DNA of 64,000 nt from Vicinamibacterales bacterium (GCA_965242835.1 OZ251506.1:2842130-2906129), one strand, 5' to 3'; shown: positions 42,800 through 50,682, counted from the first letter of the stretch. Made by a program: numbers and translations. Notes: a model not told the origin generated them from the letters alone.

Positions 42800-44486
42800 G
42801 ACGTCGAAGAACGCGGCGTCCGCCGGCCTCGCCCTTGCGGCCCATCCGGTTCGGCGTCGCCGCGCGCCCGACCCACAGGGCGATCTCGAACGGCCACTCG
42901 CCCAGGCGCTCCGGCGCCCGTTCGCGTTCCAGCTCCAGGGCGCAGACCAGCGCGGCGGCCCGGCCGAGCTGATCGAGCGTCAGCAACCGCAACGTGTAGC
43001 GCATCAGCACCGACAAGCCCCGGCCGGCGTCGTCGGGACAGCGCAGGCGGCGGAGCGCGAGCGTGAAGGCCGCGAGTCCCAGATAGGCTTCCGTCTTGCC
43101 GCCGCCGGTGGGGAAGAACAGCGGGTCGACGACGTCGCGTTCGGGGTGCGCGGGGTCGGCGACGCCGCGCAGGTTCATCAGGACGTAGGCGAGCTGGAAC
43201 GGACGCCACGCCGGGGCGGCGACCGCGTGCGGCGGCCGCCCCTGCTCCTGCGCCCGCCGCCGGCGCGCGGCGGCGGCCAGCGCCCGGTTGGCGACGCGGA
43301 ACGCTTCGAGCACGTCCGGTTCGGCCAGCAGATCGATACCGGCCCGGATGCGGTCCGCGGCGGCGCCCGCCCGCCGCGCCAGCTCGTCGGCGACCTGCCG
43401 GCGGCGGCCGGCGAAGGCCGCCGCGGCCCGTTCCTGCTCCGCGACCCAGCCGCGGTACCGCTCCACCAGCGGTTCGAGGCGCGCTCTCGCGGCCCCGGCG
43501 CCATCGAGGCCGCCGAGCGCCTCCATCCCGAACTCCACGCCCTCGATGGGCGACGGCTCGACCCGCGGCACGCCCGCTTGCGGCATCCATTCGGTGCGGA
43601 CGCGGCGGCACGCGCCGTCGACGAGGTCGGCGCAGGTCGAGACGTTGTGGCCGACCGCGTACTCGGCGGCGTCGCGGTGATGCAGGTCGGCCAGGCGTTC
43701 GTCCCAGTCCGCGCTGTCCAGGCCGGTCAGGTCGCGGCGCGGCATCAGCGGGCGATCCGCCTCGACGCGCATCTCGACCTGGAACGCGAACGCGACGTCC
43801 TGCTCTTCGTCGTCGGAAGCCGGCGCCCGGCGGTTCACCGTGAACAGCGAGACCGCCCGGGCCTCCCGGAATCCTTCGAGCGTCCGCACCCGCGTCGGCC
43901 GCACGAGGCAGGCCACGGCGAGGCCGTCCGGCAGTGGGAACGAGGTCGACCGGCCGGCGGGGACGGCATCGAGGTCGACGGCCACGGCGCCCGCGCCGGG
44001 TCTGCGCCTCCAGGGCGCGAGGCGGCGCGAACGCCGGGCGCCGGACGCCACGACACGGCGACGTCAAGGCGCCGGGTCTCCGCGTCCGCCAGGATGCCGA
44101 GGCCCATCGACGACGGCAGGAAGCGCCGCTTGCGGCTGCCGCGATCCGGCGCGCCCGAATCGTCGCCGCCGTGGACCGGCTCGGCCGGCTCGTCGAGTTC
44201 CTCCTCGCTGTCCTGCGCCCGCTGCTCTTCCGGCGCGCCGCTCGGGACCAGAAAACCGGTCAGATACCACCGCGACGGCGCCTGCGGCAGGCGCTCGCGC
44301 TGCAGGGCCGCGTCGTCGGGCCGCGGGCCGAGCAGATCGATCCGCAGGGCGTCGCACAGGTAGCGCCGCACCGAGGCGCCGTCGGGCGGCGGGTTCGCGG
44401 AGGCCCGGGCGCGACCGGTATTCCGACGACCGCATCAGCCGCACCGAGGCGCCGTCGGGCGGCGGGTTCGCGGAGAGAGGGGGCAT
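42800..44486 (-). pseudogene. SF2 helicase remnant, DISARM DrmA-like (N-terminal region + Walker A only); 5-prime duplication, at least one frameshift, 3-prime truncated
   Basis: MPPLSANPPPDGASVR / RRYLCDALRIDLLGP...WYLTGFLVP...SSMGLGILAD (ORF 43835..44371), then the frame of ORF 42594..44051: AVSLFTVNRR, FFPTGGGKTEAYLGLAAF, MRYTLRLLTLDQL, EIALWVGRAATPN. Sense is lost near 42.8 kb. The lower boundary is approximate. Confidence 0.55.
44365..44475. repeat. Perfect 38-bp direct repeat (44365-44402 and 44438-44475), period 73 bp, inside the 5-prime end of the DrmA-like gene
   Basis: gccgcaccgaggcgccgtcgggcggcgggttcgcggag occurs twice. The 73-bp offset shifts the frame and puts a TGA after the first copy. 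Confidence 0.95.
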
Positions 44487-44659
44487 GATGGCGTCCGGTT
44501 TCCGCGCGCGGAAGCGCCCGGCGCCGACGCGCGTCGCGGGCAACGATACCGCAAGCGGCGCGGGCTGTTGAGGGGTCGGTCGACCGGCGGAGTCGCAAGG
44601 CGGCGATTCACGGCAGCCGGCGGGAGGGGATGTAGAATGAAGGGCCGGGAGCGAGAATC

Positions 44660-45118
44660 ATGACGACTGCAACGAGCAGGGAGCCGCGGCTGGCCGCCGA
44701 ACAGATTCTCTGGCTGCGGCGCGGGACGGAAACGACGCCGATGCACGTCCTGAAGCTCGTGTACATCAGCCACGGATGGACGCTCGGGCTGTACGGGCGA
44801 TCGCTCATCAACGAGCCGGCCGAAGCGTGGCGCTACGGCCCGGTGGTGCCCAGCGTCTACCACCGCTACAAGTCGTTCCGCGGAGACGCCATCACGACGG
44901 AGCCGGTGGACCGGTCGGACGCGTTCGACGACGAGCAGCGCGACGTCATCGAGCAGGTTCACGAGGTCTACGGCGACTTCACGGCCCTGCAGCTGTCCGC
45001 CCTCACGCACAAGCCGGGCACCCCCTGGGACGTCACCTACCGGGAATACGGCGCGGGCGTGATCATCCCGAACGAGTTGATCCGGGACTACTACGAGCGT
45101 CTGGCGGAGCAGGCGTGA
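44660..45118 (+). CDS. Panacea-domain (DUF4065, SocA/GepA-like) protein, putative PanA-type antitoxin
   Basis: MHVLKLVYISHGWTLGLYGRSLINEPAEAWRYGPVVPSVYHRYKSF is the DUF4065 core as I remember it; 152 aa. Confidence 0.85.
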   Translation: MTTATSREPRLAAEQILWLRRGTETTPMHVLKLVYISHGWTLGLYGRSLINEPAEAWRYGPVVPSVYHRYKSFRGDAITTEPVDRSDAFDDEQRDVIEQVHEVYGDFTALQLSALTHKPGTPWDVTYREYGAGVIIPNELIRDYYERLAEQA

Positions 45119-45393
45119 CGGCCCGCCGGGGCACGGTGGCCCGCGAACCGACGCCGGAGCCGCGGGCAGCCGCGGCGATCGCCGAGTTGAAGACGCTGAT
45201 CGGCGGCCAACGGGAGGCCACCGGCGACCTTCGCGAGCGCGTGAAGGGGCTGGAGTCCGAGTCGAAGCACTACGCGACCAAGGCCGATCTCGCCAACGTC
45301 AAGGTCTGGGCGATGAGCGGCGTCGTCGCCGCGCTTCTGTCGCTCCTCGTCGCTTTGGGCGTCGCGTTCGTCCGCCTGACCGTCGGCCCCTGA
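45115..45393 (+). CDS. Small coiled-coil protein with C-terminal TM helix (92 aa), GTGA-overlapped with the Panacea gene; candidate membrane toxin
   Basis: GTG 45115 overlaps TGA 45116-45118. ...IAELKTLIGGQREATGDLRERVKGLESESKHYATKADLANVKVWAMSGVVAALLSLLVALGVAFVRL. Architecture resembles DUF1640/XhlA-type proteins. Confidence 0.55.
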   Translation: MTARRGTVAREPTPEPRAAAAIAELKTLIGGQREATGDLRERVKGLESESKHYATKADLANVKVWAMSGVVAALLSLLVALGVAFVRLTVGP

Positions 45394-45579
45394 CGTCGCC
45401 TTGATCGGAACTCCTCGCCGCGGACCCCCGCCGAGCGACGCGGACGTCCGAGTCGATGGAACGCATTTACAAGGGGTCGATGCGGTGACGGTCGACTGCG
45501 AAACGCCAGAGGGTCGGATGCCCGGCGAAGAGCCGAAGCGGGTCCGGCGCGGTGACGATCCATGTTGGGAACGTTCTAC

Positions 45580-45607
45580 TTGACACGAAAACGGGACCTG
45601 CTATATT
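45580..45607 (+). promoter_or_regulatory. Sigma70-like promoter for higB: TTGACA - 16 nt - TATATT, with the ATG 6 nt after the -10 (leaderless geometry)
   Basis: TTGACA 45580-45585, TATATT 45602-45607, ATG 45614. Lies in a visibly AT-richer 220-bp intergenic region. Confidence 0.55.
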
Positions 45608-45613
45608 TTCGGA

Positions 45614-45907
45614 ATGCGGGTCATCGCGAAGAGGCCGCTCCGCGCATTATGGGAGCGCCATCCGGCAGCCAGGGAGCCGTTGCGCGCCTGGCTCCGGGAG
45701 GTTGAACGAGCGGACTGGGATACGCCGGCCGCGGTGAAGGCGCGGTACCCCGCGGCCAGCATCGTCGGCGGCGGCCGCGTGGTGTTCAACGTCAAGGGCA
45801 ACGCCTACCGGCTGGTGGTGAGGATCCGGTACGAGCTCCGCATCGTCTACGTGCGGTTCGTGGGCACGCACGCGGAGTACGACGCCGTGGACGTCGAGGA
45901 GGTGTGA
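45614..45907 (+). CDS. higB: Type II toxin HigB (HigB_toxin / RelE-fold mRNA interferase family)
   Basis: MRVIAKRPLRALWERHP..A...L.AW...V..A.W..P..VK..YP.AS.VGGGRVVFNVKGNAYRLVVRIRY....VYVRFVGTHAEYD matches the family pattern almost position for position. Confidence 0.9.
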   Translation: MRVIAKRPLRALWERHPAAREPLRAWLREVERADWDTPAAVKARYPAASIVGGGRVVFNVKGNAYRLVVRIRYELRIVYVRFVGTHAEYDAVDVEEV

Positions 45908-45909
45908 AG

Positions 45910-47121
45910 ATGGCCGACATCCGCCCGGTTCGGACCGAAGCCGACTACGAGACCGCCCTCGCCCGGATCGACGAGATCATGGACGCCGATCCCGACAGCC
46001 CCGACGCCCGGGAGCTCGACGTGCTGGTCGACCTCGTCGAGCTGTACGAGAGCAGGCACGAGCCGATGGGGCATCCCGACCCGGTGTCGGCGATCGAGTT
46101 CCGCATGGATCAGGCGGGGCTGAAGCGGCGCGACCTGATCCCGTTCCTCGGAAGCCGCGCGAAGGTTTCCGAAGTCCTGTCCGGGAAGCGCGCGATCACC
46201 ATGCCGATGGCGCGCGCGCTCCACGAGCACCTTGGGATTCCGGCCGACGTCCTTCTGCGCCAGTCCGGAAAAACACCGCGGGACGGGTCGGCGGACGTCG
46301 AATGGACCCGGTTTCCGCTCGAGGCGCTTGCGAAGCGCGGCTGGATTCCGGCCGTTCCCGACCTGGCGGCCCGGGCCGAACAGCTCGTCGGGGGGCTGAT
46401 CGAGCAGGCCGGCGGCCAGCGCGTGGCCGATGCCGCGCTTTACCGCAAGACCGACACCCTGCGCGCGAACGCCAAGACGGATCCATACGCGCTCCAGGCG
46501 TGGTGCTGGCAGGCGTTGGCGGAGGCGGCCGAAAGGCGGCCGGACGTCGACTACGCGCCCGGAACCGTGACGCTCGACTTCCTGCGGCAGGTCGCCCGGC
46601 TGAGCTGCTCGCCGGACGGACCGAAGCGGGCGCGGGAATTCCTGCACGGCAACGGCATACCCTTCGTCATCGTCGAGCACCTCCCGAAGACCTATCTCGA
46701 CGGCGCGGCGCTCCGTCTCGGCGACGGCCGGCCGGTGGTCGCGCTGACCTTGCGCCACGACCGGCTCGACAACTTCTGGTTCTGCCTGCTGCACGAGCTG
46801 GCCCACGTCGGCCGGCACCTGAACGCCGGAGACGATCAGGTGTTCGTCGACGACCTGTCCTTGCGCCGCCTCGAGGGCGGACGCCAGGACCCGCGGGAGA
46901 AGCAGGCCGACGAATGGGCCGAGGAAGCGCTCATCCCGCGCGAGGCGTGGGAAACCAGCGACGTCCGGGAACGCCCGACGCCGATGGCCGTGCTGAGTCT
47001 GGCGCAGGCGTTGCAAGTGCATCCGGCGATCGTCGCGGGCCGGGTACGGCACGACACGGGCAACTACCGGCTGCTGTCGCAGTTCGTCGGCACCGGCGAG
47101 GTGCGGCGGCAGTTCTGCTGA
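45910..47121 (+). CDS. Fusion of HigA-type HTH antitoxin (COG5499-like) with an ImmA/IrrE (COG2856) zinc metallopeptidase domain
   Basis: GAGGAGG SD. N-terminus IRPVRTEADYETALARIDEIMDA..P..PDARELDVLVDLVELYE..H.P....DPV.AIEFRMDQAGL...DL...LGSRAKVSEVLSGKR.ITM.MARALHE.LGIPADVLL. C-terminal half has FCLLHELAHVGRH (HEXXH) and E.QADEWAEEALIP. Confidence 0.85.
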   Translation: MADIRPVRTEADYETALARIDEIMDADPDSPDARELDVLVDLVELYESRHEPMGHPDPVSAIEFRMDQAGLKRRDLIPFLGSRAKVSEVLSGKRAITMPMARALHEHLGIPADVLLRQSGKTPRDGSADVEWTRFPLEALAKRGWIPAVPDLAARAEQLVGGLIEQAGGQRVADAALYRKTDTLRANAKTDPYALQAWCWQALAEAAERRPDVDYAPGTVTLDFLRQVARLSCSPDGPKRAREFLHGNGIPFVIVEHLPKTYLDGAALRLGDGRPVVALTLRHDRLDNFWFCLLHELAHVGRHLNAGDDQVFVDDLSLRRLEGGRQDPREKQADEWAEEALIPREAWETSDVRERPTPMAVLSLAQALQVHPAIVAGRVRHDTGNYRLLSQFVGTGEVRRQFC

Positions 47122-47133
47122 AAGGGTCATCCG

Positions 47134-47463
47134 ATGTCATTCTGGTCTGCCGAAACGCTTGCGAAGAAGCTGCCGGATCTGAAGCTGATCGACCCTTACG
47201 ATCCGGATGCCGTCGACTGTGCGGCCTACACGCTACGGGTGGGCAACGAGGTCTATGTCAGTCCGGATCAGAAAATCAAAAATCCCGACCGGCACACCAG
47301 GCGGACGCTGGCTGACAGGGAGTGCTTTTCCATTCCACCAGGGCAATTCGCGTTTCTCCTGACACAGGAAACCGTCGCAGTGCCGGACGACGCGATCGCT
47401 TTCCTGTCGATCAAGGCTCGCACAAAGTTTCGCGGGCTGATCAACATCTCCGGGTTCCATGTC
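47134..47463 (+). pseudogene. dCTP-deaminase/dUTPase-fold gene, 3-prime truncated (first ~110 codons only)
   Basis: YTLRVGNEVYV, IPPGQFAFLLTQETVAVPDDAIAFLSIKARTKFRGLINISGFHV, then the expected DPGF is missing and the frame reads antisense helicase sequence. Visibly lower GC than the surroundings. Starts 12 nt after the higA-immA stop. Confidence 0.7.
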
Positions 47464-47465
47464 TG

Positions 47466-48424
47466 TCCCTCGAGGACCTTCACGCCGCGGCAGAAGCGCT
47501 GCGGATCGAGGATCTCGAGCAGCGCCGAGAAACTGTTGGAATGGCCGTTGTGAGGCGTCGCCGACAGGAACAGCCGGTGCTCGAAACGCGGCGCCACGTC
47601 GCGGACGGCCCGCGTGGTCTGCGAGTCGATGGCGTAGCGGGCGCCGCTCGACGGCGCGGCGTTGTGCGCTTCGTCCAGGATCAGAAGGGACCGCGGGGCG
47701 AAGTCTCCGAGCCAGTCGCGCAGGCCGGCGGCCCAGGTCTCGTCGATCAGCAGCCGGTGCGAGACCAGAAACCGCGAATGCGTCGTCCAGGGGTTGACCG
47801 CGAAGCCCCGCTCGCGCCGCGTGCGCGTCACGTGCGCGCGGTCGAGGATGGTGAACGCGAGGCCGAAGCGCGCCTCCATCTCGTCGCGCCACTGTTCCAG
47901 CATGGCGGGCGGGCACGCCACCACGATCCGGTCGACGCGCCGGCGCAGCAGCAGTTCGCGGGCGATCAGCCTCGCCTCGATCGTCTTGCCGAGGCCGACG
48001 TCGTCGGCGATGAACAGGTTGACGCGCGGCAGGCGCAGCGCAGCGCCTTCCACAGCGGCTCGAGCTGGTAGGCGTCGATGCGGATCCCGGCGCGGAACGG
48101 CGCCTGGAACAGGTTCGGGTCGGTTGCCGTGACGCAGTTCCACGACAGCGTGCGCAGGTAGGCCGCGAACAGCGCCGGCTCGTCGAATTCCTTCCTGGCG
48201 ACGGCGCTCCAGCCGTCGTCGTCCAGGACCCGCGCGTCCAGTTCGTGCTCCCAGAGCACGGCCAGCGGCTGCCCCTGGGCGTCGTCGTCGAGACAGGACA
48301 GGCGGACGAGCGTCGCCTCGCCGTCCGCGCCGGGTGCCGAGACGTCCTCGACGAGGTAGCGGCGCTGTCGGACGAAGGCCACCCGGCCCGGTTCGGGAGC
48401 GATCCGGCGTTCGCGGCGGTTCAC
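47466..48424 (-). pseudogene. SNF2-family helicase remnant (DISARM DrmD-like): N-terminal region + SNF2_N only, 5-bp duplication frameshift, 3-prime truncated
   Basis: GTG 48424: VNRRERRIAPEPGRVAFVRQRRYLVEDV...RIDAYQLEPLWKAL (frame of ORF 47966..48943), then LRLPRVNLFIADDVGLGKTIEA...LLILDEAHNA...LFLSATPHNGHSNSF..LLEILDP (ORF 47268..48143). No helicase C-terminal domain. Confidence 0.75.
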
Positions 48425-48592
48425 GTGCGCGCGGATCGTATTACGACGTTCGGTACGAGGCCGCGCGGGAGCCGTAGCGGACTTCCGGCGAAGGGCGGCG
48501 CCGCTTCCGGTGGGGGCGGCGCCCCGGCTGGCGGAAGCCGCGGCGGACGAGTAGACTGGCGGGGCGGCTCCGGCCCGAACCATGCTCCGCTC

Positions 48593-48732
48593 GGGAACCG
48601 AAAAGATGCGCCCGTTCCTGACCGCGCCCCTGGCCGCCGGGAACCGAAACAGGATGCGCCCTCGCGGCGGGCAGCTTTCCGTCGCCGTCCCGCCGACGCC
48701 CCTGGCCGCCGGGAACCGAAACAGGATGCGCC
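48593..48732 (+). repeat. Triplicated translation-start region of the CMD gene (three in-frame ATGs at 48606, 48654, 48726, each preceded by gggaaccgaaa(c)a(g)g)
   Basis: Perfect 34-bp repeat cccctggccgccgggaaccgaaacaggatgcgcc at 48627-48660 and 48699-48732 (period 72), plus a shorter, diverged copy at 48593-48612. Confidence 0.9.
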
Positions 48733-49994
48733 TGTTCAGGATCGCGGCGCTGGCCGCCGCGCTCGCCGTGGCGGCGCCCCCCGCCGTGCCGCGGGCGGCG
48801 GGGACCGCCGCGGCGCAGGATCCGGTGGTCGCGCCCGCGCCGCCGCGGGTCGCGCCGATCTCCCCGGATGACCCGGCCGCGTGGACCGGCGAGGTGCGCG
48901 CGGGGCTCGCGTCGTTCGGCGGCGACCCGGAGCGGGCGACCAACCTGCTCCGCGCACTGGCCCGGCATCCCCCCGCGCTGCGCGGCCTCGGACCGCTCGC
49001 CGCCTACCTGCGCCGGCGCACCATGGTTCCGGCCGTGGACCAGCTCCTGATGGGGCTGCGCGCCGCCTGGCTGTGCCGTTCCGAGGCGACGTGGGCGGAG
49101 CTGGCCGCCGAGGCGCGCGGCTTCGGACTCGGGGACGCCGACCTGCGCCGGGTGGCGGAAGGGCCGGACGCCGGGTGGGGGCCGTGGGACGGCCTGATGC
49201 TGCGCGCGATGGACGAGCTGCACCGCGACGCGTTCCTGAGCGACGCCTCCTGGGACGAGCTGGCGACGCGCTACAACGCGCCGCAGCTCGTCGACACGAT
49301 CTTCGGCGGCGCGGAGTTCGTCCTGCTGGCGACGCTGGCCAACGCCCTCGGCGTGCGGCCGGACGAGCGGTTCGCCGACCGCCTGCCGGCCGGCGTCGAG
49401 CGCGCGGCCGGCCCGGCCCGCGCGGCCCCGGCGCGTCTCGGCGCGCCGCGGCTGGACCCGCTGCCGCGCGGCGCCTGGTCCGACGAGGTCCGCGGTCTGC
49501 TCGATCCCGGCGGCGCCGGCCGCCCGGTGTCCGCCTTCGACGCCACGCTGGCCCGCCACCCGGCCCTCCTCCGCCCGTGGGCGGTGCGGTCGGCCTACGT
49601 CCGGAGCGGCTCCACGCTGTCCGGCCGCGCGCGCGGGATCCTGATCCTGCGCAGCGCCTGGCTCGGCGGGTCGGAGTCCGGGTGGTCGCGGCACGTGGAG
49701 GCGGCGCGGCGGGCCGGGATGACCGGCGGCGAGATCCGGCGGGTCGCGGCGGGCGCGGATGCGCCGGGCCGGGACCCGTTCGAAGCGGCGCTTCTCCGGG
49801 CGGCGGACGAGCTGCACCGCGGCGCCGCCGTCTCGGACGCCACCTGGGCGGCGCTCGCCGCGCGCTACGGCGCGCCGGCGCTGATCGACGTCGTGATCAC
49901 CGCCGCCGCCGCCCGGGCGTCGGCGATCGTCCTCAACTCGCTCGGCGTGCCGCCGGCGCCCGGAGGTCCGCGCTTTCCCGACGCGCCGCGCTGA
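48726..49994 (+). CDS. Carboxymuconolactone decarboxylase (AhpD-like) family protein, two CMD domains, secreted
   Basis: Third ATG gives the signal peptide MRLFRIAALAAALAVAAPPAVPRAAG. Two similar halves (..LMLRAMDELHRDAFLSD..WDELA..Y....LVD.. and ..ALLRAADELHRGAAVSD..WAALA..Y....LID..). Confidence 0.8.
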   Translation: MRLFRIAALAAALAVAAPPAVPRAAGTAAAQDPVVAPAPPRVAPISPDDPAAWTGEVRAGLASFGGDPERATNLLRALARHPPALRGLGPLAAYLRRRTMVPAVDQLLMGLRAAWLCRSEATWAELAAEARGFGLGDADLRRVAEGPDAGWGPWDGLMLRAMDELHRDAFLSDASWDELATRYNAPQLVDTIFGGAEFVLLATLANALGVRPDERFADRLPAGVERAAGPARAAPARLGAPRLDPLPRGAWSDEVRGLLDPGGAGRPVSAFDATLARHPALLRPWAVRSAYVRSGSTLSGRARGILILRSAWLGGSESGWSRHVEAARRAGMTGGEIRRVAAGADAPGRDPFEAALLRAADELHRGAAVSDATWAALAARYGAPALIDVVITAAAARASAIVLNSLGVPPAPGGPRFPDAPR

Positions 49995-50120
49995 CGGGAC
50001 GGCCCGTCCGCCGGGCCGGTGCCGCGGCCCGTCTCCCGAGGCGACGCCTTCCGCGTCGGATCGGAGGACGGCGTGCTTGTCCTCCGCCGTGGACGAGGCA
50101 GTCCCCCGTCCTCCGCGGGC

Positions 50121-50408
50121 CTACGCCTGCCGCGGGTAGATCGGCTTCGTCTCCAGGATCTCCCAGCGCTCGAACACTTCGTCGACGAGGTAGGGATCCC
50201 GCGCGAAGGTCGCCTTCGCATCCGCCAGGCTGTGCGCCTCCAGGATGATCAGGCTGCCGGCCGCGTTCCCGCCGCCGTCGAGGAGCGGGCCGCCGTGCCG
50301 CAGGCGCCCGGCCTCGTCGAGCCGGTTCATGTGCTCCAGGTGCGCGGGCCGGGCGCGACGGCGGCGTTCCGGCGAGGGGTCGCGAGCGATCAGGGCGTAG
50401 AGCGGCAT
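50121..50408 (-). CDS. YciI-family protein
   Basis: MPLYALIARD....R...RP.HLEH...L...G.L..GGP......AGSLIILEA.S...A.....DPY. 95 aa. Confidence 0.85.
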   Translation of the reverse strand: MPLYALIARDPSPERRRRARPAHLEHMNRLDEAGRLRHGGPLLDGGGNAAGSLIILEAHSLADAKATFARDPYLVDEVFERWEILETKPIYPRQA

Positions 50409-50508
50409 GGCTTGGTTCTCTCCCGCCGGCCGTCGATGAAGCGCCCGGGCGCCGGCCCGGCGGGCCCGGTCAGTCGCGTCGGCGGCGGACGCGGCGCGCC
50501 GGCTTCGG

Positions 50509-50682
50509 TCAGCCGCTCCAGTCGAGCAGCCGGAGCACGGCGACGATCGACCCGCCCACGGCGAGCATGCGCCACGTCAGATCGGCGCGGAGCGCGGCCA
50601 GCCCCGCGTTGAACCGGTCGGGAGTCACGTGCTCGCCGTGCTCGGCCGCCTGCCGGACGGCGTTGGTGATGGCGTCGGGCAT
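50509..50682 (-). CDS. Truncated paralog (57 aa) of the DUF1640-like gene at 40602..40907
   Basis: MPDAITNAVRQAAEHGEHVTPDRFNAGLAALRADLTWRMLAVGGSIVAVLRLLDWSG. About 170 bp of high nucleotide identity (most positions by eye) to 40602-40770. TATGCT box 9 nt upstream of the ATG. Confidence 0.5.
   Translation of the reverse strand: MPDAITNAVRQAAEHGEHVTPDRFNAGLAALRADLTWRMLAVGGSIVAVLRLLDWSG

Noticed and set aside
42590-42800. Possible additional small gene or continuation of the DrmA-like helicase between 42.59 and 42.80 kb.
   Set aside because: All three minus-strand frames give Arg/Pro-rich or very short translations with no helicase motifs. I treated the region as degraded sequence, and the exact truncation point is unresolved.
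45394-45613. AT-richer 220-bp gap between the Panacea pair and higB, considered as a possible tRNA, ncRNA or att site (ORFs 45401..45583 and 45270..45563).
   Set aside because: There is no tRNA-like T-arm or acceptor pattern, no repeat matching elsewhere in the window, and the ORFs are low quality. The region is adequately explained by the higB promoter.
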